Shown here one piece after another: positions 37,230 to 46,610 of a stretch of 59,099 nucleotides of DNA. Positions within the stretch are counted from its first letter, which is position 1. Every line of letters starts with the position of its first letter. The stretch comes from a virus. Taxonomy: Duplodnaviria > Caudoviricetes. Location of the stretch: IMG/VR virus record IMGVR_UViG_3300036799_000025, positions 1-59,099 of that record; one strand, written 5' to 3'. A program made the position numbers and the translations under genes. Below the pieces are notes generated by a model. It ran no database searches. It was not told the DNA's origin and saw only the letters and a program-made list of their open reading frames with translations.

Positions 37230-37258
37230 AGTATAGCGCACGACTCGTGTGCTCGCTA
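37230..37258 (-). promoter_or_regulatory. Promoter P6 (second class)
   Basis: TAGCGA-N17-TATACT. Confidence 0.6.
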
Positions 37259-37265
37259 TCTGCGC

Positions 37266-37625
37266 CTATTGCAGGTAGCGCGGCACGATGATCTTGCCGC
37301 TGCGCGTCGACTCGGCCTGTCTCGCATGCTCAGCGCTCGCCTGCTGCGTGCGCTCGATCTCGACGAGCATTGCGTCGATCGCATCGTCTTTACCTGCGAG
37401 CACGTCAGCGCCACCGAAGAAGGCACCGCCTTCAGGTAATCGCGTCGAGATCACGACGCCGTCGAGCTGATGCGCCTCAGCCCACTTCTCGCATTCGTAC
37501 TGCGAGCCGAAGACGATGCGCATCGCCTGCGGATGAATCGCGAGACAGCGCACCGGCGCGTAGCTGTCGCGCATGTTCCGCAGGATCTCATGCAGGCGCT
37601 GCTGCATCGCTTCACGCGTCTGCAT
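37266..37625 (-). CDS. Hypothetical protein
   Basis: Tiling ORF. Confidence 0.55.
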   Translation of the reverse strand: MQTREAMQQRLHEILRNMRDSYAPVRCLAIHPQAMRIVFGSQYECEKWAEAHQLDGVVISTRLPEGGAFFGGADVLAGKDDAIDAMLVEIERTQQASAEHARQAESTRSGKIIVPRYLQ

Positions 37626-37626
37626 A

Positions 37627-37815
37627 TCAGGCGTCGTCTTCAGCCAGCTCGAAGGCGTCGCACTGACAGCGCAAGAAGGCGTGTGCGTTCAGCCCCGGTC
37701 GCGGCTCACGTGTGTAGACCGTGCATGCGCCGCCGTCTTCGCTCGTGCCGTGGCGTGCGTAGGTGTCGCCGCACGTGCAGATCGCGTTTGGCCCGAAGTC
37801 TTTGTCGGCGTTCAT
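37627..37815 (-). CDS. Small Cys/His-rich protein
   Basis: CTCGDTYARH..C..CQCDAF. Confidence 0.6.
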   Translation of the reverse strand: MNADKDFGPNAICTCGDTYARHGTSEDGGACTVYTREPRPGLNAHAFLRCQCDAFELAEDDA

Positions 37816-38249
37816 CGATAGCCTGCCTTTTGTGCGGCTGCACGCTCGACGTCGAGCTTACGTCTGCGATTCTCAGCCGCGAGCGCGTCGAGCTTGCGAC
37901 GTCGCTCAGTCATCGCGCGCTCATGCTTGTCTCTGAGCGGCTTCGCGAGCTGCAGCGCCTCAGCATGCGCGACGGCGTGTGATGCGCCATCAGCGATCGC
38001 TGAGTTATACGCGTCGAGTTGCTCGCGCTCGTGCGCATCGACGACAGGTCGCAGCCTGCGCTCAGCGCGCATGCGATCTTCGTACGTCTCGCCATTGAGC
38101 GGCATTCTGATCGTCGCGAGTCGCACCGCAGGATCAGGCGAGCGCATGCCGCCTGCTTGCACGGCTTTGATCGCAGCGCGTGTCGCATCACAAATCTGCT
38201 GCGCACGCTCGACTGTGAGCCCGCCGAAGCGATACTGTGAGACGCTCAT
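37812..38249 (-). CDS. Hypothetical protein
   Basis: Coupled overlaps. Confidence 0.55.
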   Translation of the reverse strand: MSVSQYRFGGLTVERAQQICDATRAAIKAVQAGGMRSPDPAVRLATIRMPLNGETYEDRMRAERRLRPVVDAHEREQLDAYNSAIADGASHAVAHAEALQLAKPLRDKHERAMTERRRKLDALAAENRRRKLDVERAAAQKAGYR

Positions 38250-38506
38250 ACTAGCTCGTACAGCAGCTCGAAGCGCTGCGCTGTCATGATCGAGAGCCAG
38301 CCCGTCACGAGATCGAACACGATGTAATCGCCGCTCATCGCATTGAGTCGCCCCTGCTCTGTCCTGACTTCGATGTGATCAGCGAAGAGCACGATCGCGC
38401 CGACTGAGAGCTGCGTCTGTAGCCATGTAGGCTCACTCGCTGAAGATGCGAGCGCTGCATCGACGGTGATTGCTTCGACGGTCGCGCGCTTGCGCGTGTA
38501 GCTCAT
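38246..38506 (-). CDS. Conserved phage protein (KKPVxIEA/TxEG/GDYI type)
   Basis: YTRKRATVEAI..TEQG..GDYIV..FELLYE. Confidence 0.65.
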   Translation of the reverse strand: MSYTRKRATVEAITVDAALASSASEPTWLQTQLSVGAIVLFADHIEVRTEQGRLNAMSGDYIVFDLVTGWLSIMTAQRFELLYELV

Positions 38507-38790
38507 GACGTCGACTCGACCGGCGTGAAGCGACGAAACTGTACCGCGCTCAGATAAAAGATCTGATTGCCTTCAGGCTGATTCTCATCGAAGCAGAGCA
38601 TATCGGTGCGCATCGCAGTCGCAGCGAAGCTGCCGCCGACGATCTCGACGTGACTGCGCATGAGACGCAGCCTGCCTTTCGACGCGGCCTCAGCGACCCA
38701 CAGTGGCATCTGCTCCTGCTCTGTGAGATCGAGCAGCTCTTCGACTGAGATCGCTTCGATCGGCGGCTCATTTCTGCGCTGATACTTCAT
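38503..38790 (-). CDS. Divergent paralogue of 38246-38506
   Basis: MKYQRRNEPPIEAI..PLWV..HVEI. Confidence 0.6.
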   Translation of the reverse strand: MKYQRRNEPPIEAISVEELLDLTEQEQMPLWVAEAASKGRLRLMRSHVEIVGGSFAATAMRTDMLCFDENQPEGNQIFYLSAVQFRRFTPVESTS

Positions 38791-39422
38791 CGCTGATGCT
38801 CCTGCTTGCGCTTGAGAGTAAACGTCGTCGCTGAACCGTCGATGTCGTCCGTCGCTTCGAGCACGTAATCTTCGATCTTGAACGGCACGACGAGCGAGAT
38901 AGGGATGCGAATACTGTGATCAGGACTCGCGAGCAGCGCGAGCATGAAGTGGATCATCGTATTCGTATGATTCTGATGCACCTGCTTTAAGATTGCCACA
39001 TTCGTCTCTAGCAGGTGCGTCGCCTGTCGCACAGCAGGCGCGTTCTGCTGCATCTGCTCAGCGAGCTTCGCGCACGTACGCAAGACGTCGACGTCAGTCG
39101 GCAGCATCGGCTGATAGATCCCGCGCCGGATCGACTCAGCGATCTCGCGCGTCGCTGTGACGCAGTGCTCTTCGAGCGACTCGGCGCTATGCAACGGCGA
39201 CAGCGACGGCTGCGTCGCTTCAATCAGGAGATCAGCGACGTCTTCGACTGTCGCCCACTGATCACAGTACTCATTGAGATCAGTCACATCTGTGATCGTG
39301 TACGCTGCAGGCGGGCTCGCTAACGTGACCGCGTTAATGTCTTGCTTGCGCATGAAGCGCTGCAGCACGCGATAGCGCAGCGCGTCCTGCTCGATCTTCG
39401 AGAGCTGTGTGCCTTTGCTCAT
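38787..39422 (-). CDS. Hypothetical protein with DAxRYR motif
   Basis: GGAGG RBS; EQDALRYRVL. Confidence 0.6.
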   Translation of the reverse strand: MSKGTQLSKIEQDALRYRVLQRFMRKQDINAVTLASPPAAYTITDVTDLNEYCDQWATVEDVADLLIEATQPSLSPLHSAESLEEHCVTATREIAESIRRGIYQPMLPTDVDVLRTCAKLAEQMQQNAPAVRQATHLLETNVAILKQVHQNHTNTMIHFMLALLASPDHSIRIPISLVVPFKIEDYVLEATDDIDGSATTFTLKRKQEHQR

Positions 39423-39507
39423 CGCTGTCGCCTCCACACAAGTAGGAGCAGGTTCGCTGTGTTCATGAGCGCAGTCACGACGAGCGCCCAAAAGACAATG
39501 CGGTCGC

Positions 39508-39990
39508 TCATCGCCTGCTCATGATCTCACGCAGCTCCTGCAGCAGTCGCGCATCGGCGACGATCGCTTCGAGATCGCTCATCTCGATCGGCCCTTCGAT
39601 GAAGCCGCGACCGAGCGTGTCGCGCTCATACCTGAGCTGCGCATCGATACGATCGAGCGGCGTCACTTGTGGAACGAAGTCGTCTCGCTCTATAGAAGCT
39701 CGCGACACCACAACGACAGGCTTGCCCTGCTCAGCGTGTATTTCGTCGAGATTTCCGATACTTTGCTTGCGCTGCTCGCTCGATGCTGTCGCCTTCTGCG
39801 CTGCTCCTGCCCATGTAGGCGCGACGATATCAGCAAACTGACGCAGATCCTTGAGCGCATGCACAGCGTCGTGATACGCCACGTCGTACTGCTCGCTCTG
39901 CTCACGCGCTGCTCGATGATCGAGCGACAGCAAGCGATCGAATCGCTCGCACAGACTGCGCAGCTTTGCGCCAGGGCCGTACTCGCTCAT
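39508..39990 (-). CDS. Hypothetical protein
   Basis: Tiling ORF. Confidence 0.55.
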   Translation of the reverse strand: MSEYGPGAKLRSLCERFDRLLSLDHRAAREQSEQYDVAYHDAVHALKDLRQFADIVAPTWAGAAQKATASSEQRKQSIGNLDEIHAEQGKPVVVVSRASIERDDFVPQVTPLDRIDAQLRYERDTLGRGFIEGPIEMSDLEAIVADARLLQELREIMSRR

Positions 39991-40229
39991 CGTGCGTTCT
40001 CTATCTCTAGTCGCTCGACGACAGCCGTCAGCTCTTTGATCATCGTCTGATGATTCTGGCTCGCGACGAAGCGCTGATTCTCGATCTCGCCGAGCAGTGA
40101 CTGTGCCTTAAAGATCATCGGGCCCAGCGCACGATCTTTCTTCCCTGTCGCACGCAGCCACTCAAGACGCTCGCGCAGTCGGGTGATCGCGAAGTCCATT
40201 GCATAGCTCATCGCTGTCAGATCGCTCAT
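39987..40229 (-). CDS. Hypothetical protein
   Basis: Coupled overlaps. Confidence 0.55.
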   Translation of the reverse strand: MSDLTAMSYAMDFAITRLRERLEWLRATGKKDRALGPMIFKAQSLLGEIENQRFVASQNHQTMIKELTAVVERLEIENAR

Positions 40230-40930
40230 CGCTTGTCGCCGTTCGTTGAGGGTTCATGCTCAATCACCTTCACAGGCGCGCCGAGCATGATCTGCTCGAC
40301 ACTTACGCCCTCAAGTTGTCCCTGTGCCCTTGCACGCGCAAGCGCACGACTCGCGATCTCGCTCAGTGCGAAGAAGGCACTCTCAGGTGTCATCGCGGCG
40401 ACCTTCTGCGCCGTGGTCGCCTTGCCTTCGTTCGGCACGTCAGGCAGGAGCTGCACCGCGACCGCCTTGTCGAGCCCGAAGAGTCTGATCGAGATCTCGA
40501 TCAGTCGCGCACACGCGTGATACTTCTTGTCAGCGAGCGCTCGCGCGTACAGATCGTTGATGCGAGCGAACGTCGTGCCGAGCACTAGCTCACCCTTCTT
40601 GCTCAGCTCTCGACCTTCAGCAGCGATCAGGAGCTTCGCCTTCCTGATGTACTCATCGAGCTGACGCGTCTTCGGCATCTCGTCGTCGCCCCACGCGTTG
40701 ATCGGCTCAGCGATGCGCACGCCACGCGCATCAGTGCTGCCGTTTCGCCAGTCAGCACGCGCCTTGATCTCACGCTCGCGCTGGATTGCACAGAGCTTAT
40801 AGATGTCCTGCGTACGCTGGCCGTCGCGCAGGAAGCTGTAAACCTGTTGCACGCGCAGACTTACTTGGCTTTGTGTCGCTTTCGGCGCTTTGAGCGACGC
40901 GCGTCTCGCCTTCTCGCTGCCTTCTGACAT
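40226..40930 (-). CDS. Putative terminase small subunit (HTH)
   Basis: KATQSQVSLRVQQVY..RQLDEYIRKAK..RINDLYARA..RLFGL. Confidence 0.55.
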   Translation of the reverse strand: MSEGSEKARRASLKAPKATQSQVSLRVQQVYSFLRDGQRTQDIYKLCAIQREREIKARADWRNGSTDARGVRIAEPINAWGDDEMPKTRQLDEYIRKAKLLIAAEGRELSKKGELVLGTTFARINDLYARALADKKYHACARLIEISIRLFGLDKAVAVQLLPDVPNEGKATTAQKVAAMTPESAFFALSEIASRALARARAQGQLEGVSVEQIMLGAPVKVIEHEPSTNGDKR

Positions 40931-40948
40931 CGTTTCGCAGAATAGGCG

Positions 40949-42103
40949 TCAGGACGACGCAGAAGGCGTCTGGCTGCTCGCTGCAGGCTCGATCGCGCTG
41001 TCAGGCTGTACCCATGACGCAGCTTCTGCGATGCGTGCGCGAGCGCCTTGCATGATCTCGCGCAGCTCGATGATCGCGCCTGTGGCGTCGCGGATCTCAT
41101 TCGCGATCGCGCGTAAGGTGTTGCCTGCCTCAGTCGTCGAGAGCGAGAAGCGCTCGCGAGCGCGCGTCTTCTCTTTAATCTGTGCTTCGACGAAGCGCTC
41201 GAATAACTCGGCTTCGCTGCTGCAATGCGCCGCCGCGTATCTGAGCGCGGAGAGCGAGATCTCGCGCAGTCGGCTATCGACGACGAGTGCGATCGCGCCG
41301 AGCGTGCCTTGCTGCGAGATCAGCGCTTGATCGATGAGCTGTGCGCGCCGACGCCACGCGTCGTGCTCAGTGCTGAGCTGTCGTGCCGTCTCGGCGTTCG
41401 CGTCTGCGAGCTGTGTCAGTCGATCGATCTCGCTCTGTGTGCTCTTAGCCGCTTGCGTGCGTAGCTCATCGAAGGCGCTCGTATGCAGCGTCGTGTAGCC
41501 TGCTTTCTTGAGCGTCTCGTCGAGCCAGCAGAAGCCGACATTCGTGCCGAGCCATTGCACGACAGTCGCCGCGACTGTCGCATCACGCTGCGTATACAGC
41601 TCGTCGTCATCCTCAGACGACCACGAGCGCGCACGATATTCGTTCGCGAGCGCGAGATGCACAGGACGCCATGCCCCAGGCGTGCCCTTTGGCACGGTGA
41701 TCGAGCTGAGTGCTGCGAGGATATGATCATCGCGCTGCGCCTGCTCCCACGCGTCAGCGAAAGCCTTCTCGCGCAAGCATCCGTGATAATTGCACTTCTC
41801 GCCCTCGACGCGATCGTGCAGCACGCCGCGGTGCACGATCGGCGCAGGCTCGCCGTCGATGACGACGTCGCCTGACTCAGGTCGCTCACTGACGTTGAGT
41901 CGATGCGCCTCGCGCAGATGCGCGACAAACTCGCTGCGCGACCACTCGACAGCGCTGCACTCGACCGGCAGCGGATCGTTCGGATACGAGAGTTTGCAAT
42001 GATACGAGCCGTCGTCGTGCAGCTCGCCGTGCACGATCTTGCTCGCTTCCTCAGCGCACGCGTTGCACAGTCCCTGCGTGCCATGCTTGCAGACGAAGCT
42101 CAT
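40949..42103 (-). CDS. Hypothetical multi-domain protein (Zn fingers plus coiled coil)
   Basis: CKH..CNAC; C..C..HLREAH. Confidence 0.6.
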   Translation of the reverse strand: MSFVCKHGTQGLCNACAEEASKIVHGELHDDGSYHCKLSYPNDPLPVECSAVEWSRSEFVAHLREAHRLNVSERPESGDVVIDGEPAPIVHRGVLHDRVEGEKCNYHGCLREKAFADAWEQAQRDDHILAALSSITVPKGTPGAWRPVHLALANEYRARSWSSEDDDELYTQRDATVAATVVQWLGTNVGFCWLDETLKKAGYTTLHTSAFDELRTQAAKSTQSEIDRLTQLADANAETARQLSTEHDAWRRRAQLIDQALISQQGTLGAIALVVDSRLREISLSALRYAAAHCSSEAELFERFVEAQIKEKTRARERFSLSTTEAGNTLRAIANEIRDATGAIIELREIMQGARARIAEAASWVQPDSAIEPAASSQTPSASS

Positions 42104-42543
42104 ATGCGCAGCGCCTCAGCAGGCGCGTCAGCTTCCTTGCCGCCCTGATAGTGCTCGCGCGCGTAGTCTTCCATACGATCAGCCTGCGCTGTGCAGGCGC
42201 GCACGAAGCGCTCGTCGCCGTGATGCATCTTCGCATAGGCGCGCACGACGCTCGGCGCGATCTGATCCTTCGCGCGCAGTAAGAAGACAGGCTCGTCGAC
42301 AGGGATTGCCGCCATTGGCTGACGATCACCGAAGCGATCGAACATATACGGATGCAGCGCCTGCAGCAGTGCTGACAGCGTGCGCGAGATGTACCTGAGA
42401 TCAGGCTCGACGCCTGAGCTACGCGCTGCCTGCATCATCGGAAGCTGCGTCTGCAGCGTCATCGCGCCGAGATAGGCAGCGCCGACGTCACCGAGCTGCG
42501 TGAGATCCTGAATGTGATCGTAATCGCTGCGTGCGTGCCTCAT
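42100..42543 (-). CDS. Conserved phage protein (DEPVFLLRAxD family)
   Basis: MRHARSDY..IPVDEPVFLLRAKDQIAPSVVRAY. Confidence 0.7.
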   Translation of the reverse strand: MRHARSDYDHIQDLTQLGDVGAAYLGAMTLQTQLPMMQAARSSGVEPDLRYISRTLSALLQALHPYMFDRFGDRQPMAAIPVDEPVFLLRAKDQIAPSVVRAYAKMHHGDERFVRACTAQADRMEDYAREHYQGGKEADAPAEALRI

Positions 42544-42827
42544 TGCTTCGCCTCTTGTGCAGTTAAGTGTTTGCGCATACGCGCGAGCAGCTTTGCGCGT
42601 CGCGCCTGACGCTTCTCTCGTGCAGGCGCATGATCGATGATCGAGCGCTGCGTGACCTGCCACTTCGCGCGCGTGTGCACGATTATGCTCGTCTTCAGCA
42701 ATGCACGATGCACGCGCTGTGCATGGCGACGCCGCGACTGACCGAATAGCTCGCGATCGCAGAGCTTGCAGCGATAACGAAATGAGCCCGCGCTCGCGAA
42801 GAGATCGACGTACTCATCGAGCTGCAT
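42540..42827 (-). CDS. C2H2-like Zn-finger protein
   Basis: YRCKLCDREL..HAQRVH. Confidence 0.55.
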   Translation of the reverse strand: MQLDEYVDLFASAGSFRYRCKLCDRELFGQSRRRHAQRVHRALLKTSIIVHTRAKWQVTQRSIIDHAPAREKRQARRAKLLARMRKHLTAQEAKQ

Positions 42828-42984
42828 TGCCGCTGCTGACGCGATCGAGCTGCCAGAGCGTCTTCTGCAGCTCAGGGTAGTCTGCATGGAGCTTCGCCAT
42901 CGCGTCGCTCGTCAGCGTCGCTGCGTAGTAGGCGCGTAGCACGGCAAAGATCGCCTCCTGCAGCTCGTCACTGAGTACTTTCAT
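42814..42984 (-). CDS. Hypothetical protein
   Basis: AGGAG RBS, MKVLSDE. Confidence 0.5.
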   Translation of the reverse strand: MKVLSDELQEAIFAVLRAYYAATLTSDAMAKLHADYPELQKTLWQLDRVSSGNAAR

Positions 42985-43276
42985 CGCGCTCGCTCCTGTC
43001 GTCTCTGTCGATCGTGAAGTGTGGCGCACCGACGATGTTGTAGATGCGATTCAGTGCATCAGCAAGAATGCACGCACGCCGCTGCGCTGCCTCGCTCGTC
43101 AGCGCCTGCTCGTCTGCATAGACGCCTTCGCTCAAGCGCAGCAGGAACGTCGCGTGCGGCGCGCAGACGCACCACTCGCCTGTCGCCGCAAGACGCGCAG
43201 GTCGCCAATGATTGCTCTCAGTCACGCGCGCAGTATACACCGAGGCGCTGCCGATCGCGATTGTGCGCATCGTCAC
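42968..43276 (-). CDS. Hypothetical protein
   Basis: Tiling ORF. Confidence 0.5.
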   Translation of the reverse strand: MTMRTIAIGSASVYTARVTESNHWRPARLAATGEWCVCAPHATFLLRLSEGVYADEQALTSEAAQRRACILADALNRIYNIVGAPHFTIDRDDRSERDESTQ

Positions 43277-44140
43277 TCAGTCCGTTGCCCGTGTGACGAG
43301 CGTCATGCCGTACTCGTCGATCGGCTGCTCGAAGATGGCTGGATCAATGTCTGTGCGTCGACGCAAACGATTGCGTTTGAACGGTCGATAATCGACGTGA
43401 TGCTGCCAGCGACCAAACTTGCGCGAGACACGCACGACGTCAGGATGCTTTGCTGCTAGCTCCTGCGCCATTGCCAGCCGACCGTCAAACTCAGTGCCGT
43501 CCGGGTTGAGCTTCTTTACATAGTGCGGCGTATTGCCGCCGTTCAGCGTCATCGTCACAGCCTTGCCGATGAGGAAGGTATTAAAGAGCACAGTGCAGTA
43601 GCCGTCTTTCAGGAAGCGCAGCGCGAGATCTGTGTCGTCATTGTAGAAACCCTCGAAGCGATGCGGCACGCGGTTGTCGAGCAAATAGCACGAGTACACG
43701 CGCGTGTTGAGAATGAATGGCGGGATCACGTCACGATGCTTCGCAAAATATTTGTAATTCGGTCCTGCCATTGGCACGTTCTCATAACGATCGACGAAGT
43801 CTTCCATCGCGCGCAGCGTGCCGCTGCTGTGCACGCGCAAGATCAGATTGCGATTGAATCGCAAGAGCCCTCTGATGTTGTCGTCCATCTGCCAGTGACG
43901 CGCAGCGCCGCGCTCGATCGCGTGCTCCCAAATGAAATTGCGCGCAGCGACGAGCCCGCGATCACGCCACGGCAGCGTGACAATCTTGCGCGCATCGATG
44001 ACGGCTGCATATGCGTCATACTCTTGCGGCTCGACGACGATCGTGTACGGCAGCTCAAGCGCTTCGAGCGTCTTGCTCGTGAAGCGCGTGTCAGCGCGAC
44101 CTTTCGACGGGATATAGATCGGGTATCGCGGCGCGAGCAT
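43277..44140 (-). CDS. TET/JBP-associated (TAGT, GREB1-like) GT-A glycosyltransferase
   Basis: YPIYIPSKGRA, VVEPQEY, ARNFIWEH, WQMDDNI, NTRVYSC, YNDDTDL, GGNT, RWQHHVDY. Confidence 0.85.
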   Translation of the reverse strand: MLAPRYPIYIPSKGRADTRFTSKTLEALELPYTIVVEPQEYDAYAAVIDARKIVTLPWRDRGLVAARNFIWEHAIERGAARHWQMDDNIRGLLRFNRNLILRVHSSGTLRAMEDFVDRYENVPMAGPNYKYFAKHRDVIPPFILNTRVYSCYLLDNRVPHRFEGFYNDDTDLALRFLKDGYCTVLFNTFLIGKAVTMTLNGGNTPHYVKKLNPDGTEFDGRLAMAQELAAKHPDVVRVSRKFGRWQHHVDYRPFKRNRLRRRTDIDPAIFEQPIDEYGMTLVTRATD

Positions 44141-44142
44141 CG

Positions 44143-44862
44143 TTATGCATCCTCATCGTCGTCGTTCTCATCGTCGTCCTGCGCCGCCGCGTCATCGCTC
44201 TCGACATAGGTCTTGTCAGCGTGCACCTTGCGCACCTGCTCAGGATACCAAAAATAATGCGTCTTCAGCGTGATCTCGCGCCCGAGCAGCTTCGCGAAGG
44301 CTGCAATCGCCTCGTCATTCTCGAAGTGCACAGTCAAGTGATGATACGACCGCTCATCGCTGACCTGATACTCAGGCATTCCAGTCCACGTCTGCGAGTA
44401 GTCGCCTGTCAGATGCTGATAGAGCGTCGTGACGTCGTCGTCGTCATAGCCAGTGCCCTTCAGGTTGCCTTGCTCCTGCTGCGCGCGCAGATAGTCGAGC
44501 AAGAGCGCGTCGTTATAGCCGCCTAGCTCTGTGATGCGATTATCTGCCGCGACGATACGTGCGCCGGTCGCGTCATCGCAGTCAATCCACAGCACATTGA
44601 CGCGCTTCACCTTCAGACGACGCAGCGCTTCGCGCGTGCCATGCCCGCCGAGGATGCGACGCGATGACGTCTGCACGCGCACTGCGCCGTAGACGCCGTT
44701 CTCACGCATCGACTCAACGATCGCGCCGATATCGTGATCCTTCGGGTTCCCTGGCCAGTCCTGCAGCGTCTTGAGATCGACGTCTGCTTCGTACGACTGC
44801 GGCAAGAATTTGATGATCTCGCCGAGCTGCGCTGCTGCCTTCTTTGCGTCGGTCGCAGTCAT
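44143..44862 (-). CDS. ParB N-terminal domain fused to a WxGMPE domain
   Basis: PGNPKDHD..ILGGHGT..ADNR; WTGMPEY..VHFEN..FAKLLG..IT.KT..WYP. Confidence 0.8.
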   Translation of the reverse strand: MTATDAKKAAAQLGEIIKFLPQSYEADVDLKTLQDWPGNPKDHDIGAIVESMRENGVYGAVRVQTSSRRILGGHGTREALRRLKVKRVNVLWIDCDDATGARIVAADNRITELGGYNDALLLDYLRAQQEQGNLKGTGYDDDDVTTLYQHLTGDYSQTWTGMPEYQVSDERSYHHLTVHFENDEAIAAFAKLLGREITLKTHYFWYPEQVRKVHADKTYVESDDAAAQDDDENDDDEDA

Positions 44863-45497
44863 ACGCGCCCACGCTCGCGATCGCAGTGAAATTCAAGCAC
44901 GCCGAGCGCCATGAGCACGTTCTCATCATCGAGATCACTGCCTGCGCTCGTGCTGCGCAGGATGCCGTCATACGGTCGCTTCGCGAGATCCTGCATGCGT
45001 GCTCGTGCTGCGAGCAAGAGCTGCTCGCGTGCAGGCGTCTTCGACGCACGGCGCTGCATCCAACCCATCTCGCTGCCGTGCGTGCGAATCTGATAGCACG
45101 TGATGCGATCGACGTCTGCGTCGAGCGCTGCCGCTTCGATGAGCCCGAAGTGATTGCCGAGCCCGAAGGCGGTGCCAGTCGCTTCGCCTGACTTCTTGCG
45201 CTTCGCGCTCTTGAAACCGCCGAGGATGATGTCAGCAGGTCGCTCGATCACGACTTCGTCGACGTGATGCGCGCTGAGATACTGACGCGTCTTCTCGAAG
45301 AGCGGCGCGCGGCGCTGCGATGCGCTGCGATTATTCGCTGCGCCCTGCGTCTTGATGATCTCTACGCGCACGAGTCGCGCCTGATCGAGCGAATAGATGC
45401 GCTGTCGCGACAGCACGCCTGCAGGATTGCCGTCAGGCAGTGCGACGATGATCATGCCCGTCGTCGCACCAGGGTCGAAGGATGCGATCGTGATCAT
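44859..45497 (-). CDS. RuvC-like Holliday junction resolvase
   Basis: IASFDPGATTG, VVIERP, C-terminal DENVLMALG. Confidence 0.7.
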   Translation of the reverse strand: MITIASFDPGATTGMIIVALPDGNPAGVLSRQRIYSLDQARLVRVEIIKTQGAANNRSASQRRAPLFEKTRQYLSAHHVDEVVIERPADIILGGFKSAKRKKSGEATGTAFGLGNHFGLIEAAALDADVDRITCYQIRTHGSEMGWMQRRASKTPAREQLLLAARARMQDLAKRPYDGILRSTSAGSDLDDENVLMALGVLEFHCDRERGRV

Positions 45498-45706
45498 GGC
45501 TCGTCGCTCTCGTCAGGTTTGTCGCGCTCGCGCAGCGCTTCGTCGTCGCTGTCCTGCTCTTCTTGCAGCGCGTTCTGCCACATCTCGCAGTGGTCTGCGA
45601 TCTCGATCAGCGCATCGAGCTGCGCAAGACGCGAGAAGGCTGTCTCGTTTACGATATGATCGATCGCGTCGATCGCGGCCTGCTTTCGCTCGTCGACTTC
45701 GCTCAT
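45494..45706 (-). CDS. Hypothetical acidic protein
   Basis: Coupled overlaps. Confidence 0.55.
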   Translation of the reverse strand: MSEVDERKQAAIDAIDHIVNETAFSRLAQLDALIEIADHCEMWQNALQEEQDSDDEALRERDKPDESDEP

Positions 45707-45936
45707 CGTGTGCTCTGCTTAGGTGGCTCGATTGTCCAGCCGAATGAGCGCAGCACTGTGCAAATACGCTCATCCGCATCGAAGTCGCGAGCATGCGCCT
45801 GCGTGCCGAGGCACAGCACGACGAAGTCCTCATTCTTTGCGAGCGGCTTCCACGTGAGGCGCATTCGCGCCTTGCCGTCGTCGTCGCGACGGACTTCCTG
45901 CGCGCTCGACATACGCACAATGTCGCCGGGATTCAT
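45703..45936 (-). CDS. Hypothetical protein
   Basis: Coupled overlaps. Confidence 0.55.
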   Translation of the reverse strand: MNPGDIVRMSSAQEVRRDDDGKARMRLTWKPLAKNEDFVVLCLGTQAHARDFDADERICTVLRSFGWTIEPPKQSTR

Positions 45937-46610
45937 CGCGCACTCGACTTCGCCGTGAGTAGCAGCGCACTCTTGTCGCCTGCGCCGTACTTCGCGAGCT
46001 GTGCATGCCCTTCCTTCGAGCTGAGAGTCTTGCGCAGCAGCTTACGCTGCGCATTGATCTGCGCACAGATCATCTGCAGGCCTGCCCACGTCTCAGGCGT
46101 GAAGCGCAGCAGTGAGCCGTCGCCGCGATAGCGACTGCTCGTGTACGGCAGGCGCAATGTCTCGCCGTCTTTCAGCTCGCCCCACTTTTCGCTGCGCGCG
46201 AGCCGCTCGTCGTCAGGGATGACGTCATCGCTCTCGTCGTCTGCGAGTCGCCAGTCGAGTTTGCGCCACACGCCGCCAGGCGTCTTGCCGACGAAGAATC
46301 GATCGATCTCGACTGAGATCTCTGCAGCTTCGTCTGTGTCCTGCTTGCGCGAGCGCTCGCTGTACGAGTAGCTGTCGTGCCCTTCAGTGACGCTGATAAT
46401 CGGCGTCCACTCGATCGACAGGCCTTTGCTCAGGATCTGCTTCGCCCACTGCCTGACGATTGAGAGATCGCGATCGCTCTTCGTGTCTTCGAGAATCGTG
46501 CAGTAAAACCAGCCTGTCGACTTCTCGAAGCGAATCTCAGCGCTGCGTCCTGTGATCGCGTCTTCGATGATTTCGAGCTTCGAGCCTTTCGGCTTGTCAC
46601 TGTGTCTCAT
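45933..46610 (-). CDS. Hypothetical protein
   Basis: Start MRHSDK at 46610. Confidence 0.6.
   Translation of the reverse strand: MRHSDKPKGSKLEIIEDAITGRSAEIRFEKSTGWFYCTILEDTKSDRDLSIVRQWAKQILSKGLSIEWTPIISVTEGHDSYSYSERSRKQDTDEAAEISVEIDRFFVGKTPGGVWRKLDWRLADDESDDVIPDDERLARSEKWGELKDGETLRLPYTSSRYRGDGSLLRFTPETWAGLQMICAQINAQRKLLRKTLSSKEGHAQLAKYGAGDKSALLLTAKSSAR

Noticed and set aside
44143-44862. ParB as a plasmid-prophage partition system
   Set aside because: No ParA, no HTH/parS-binding domain; the context is a glycosyltransferase unit
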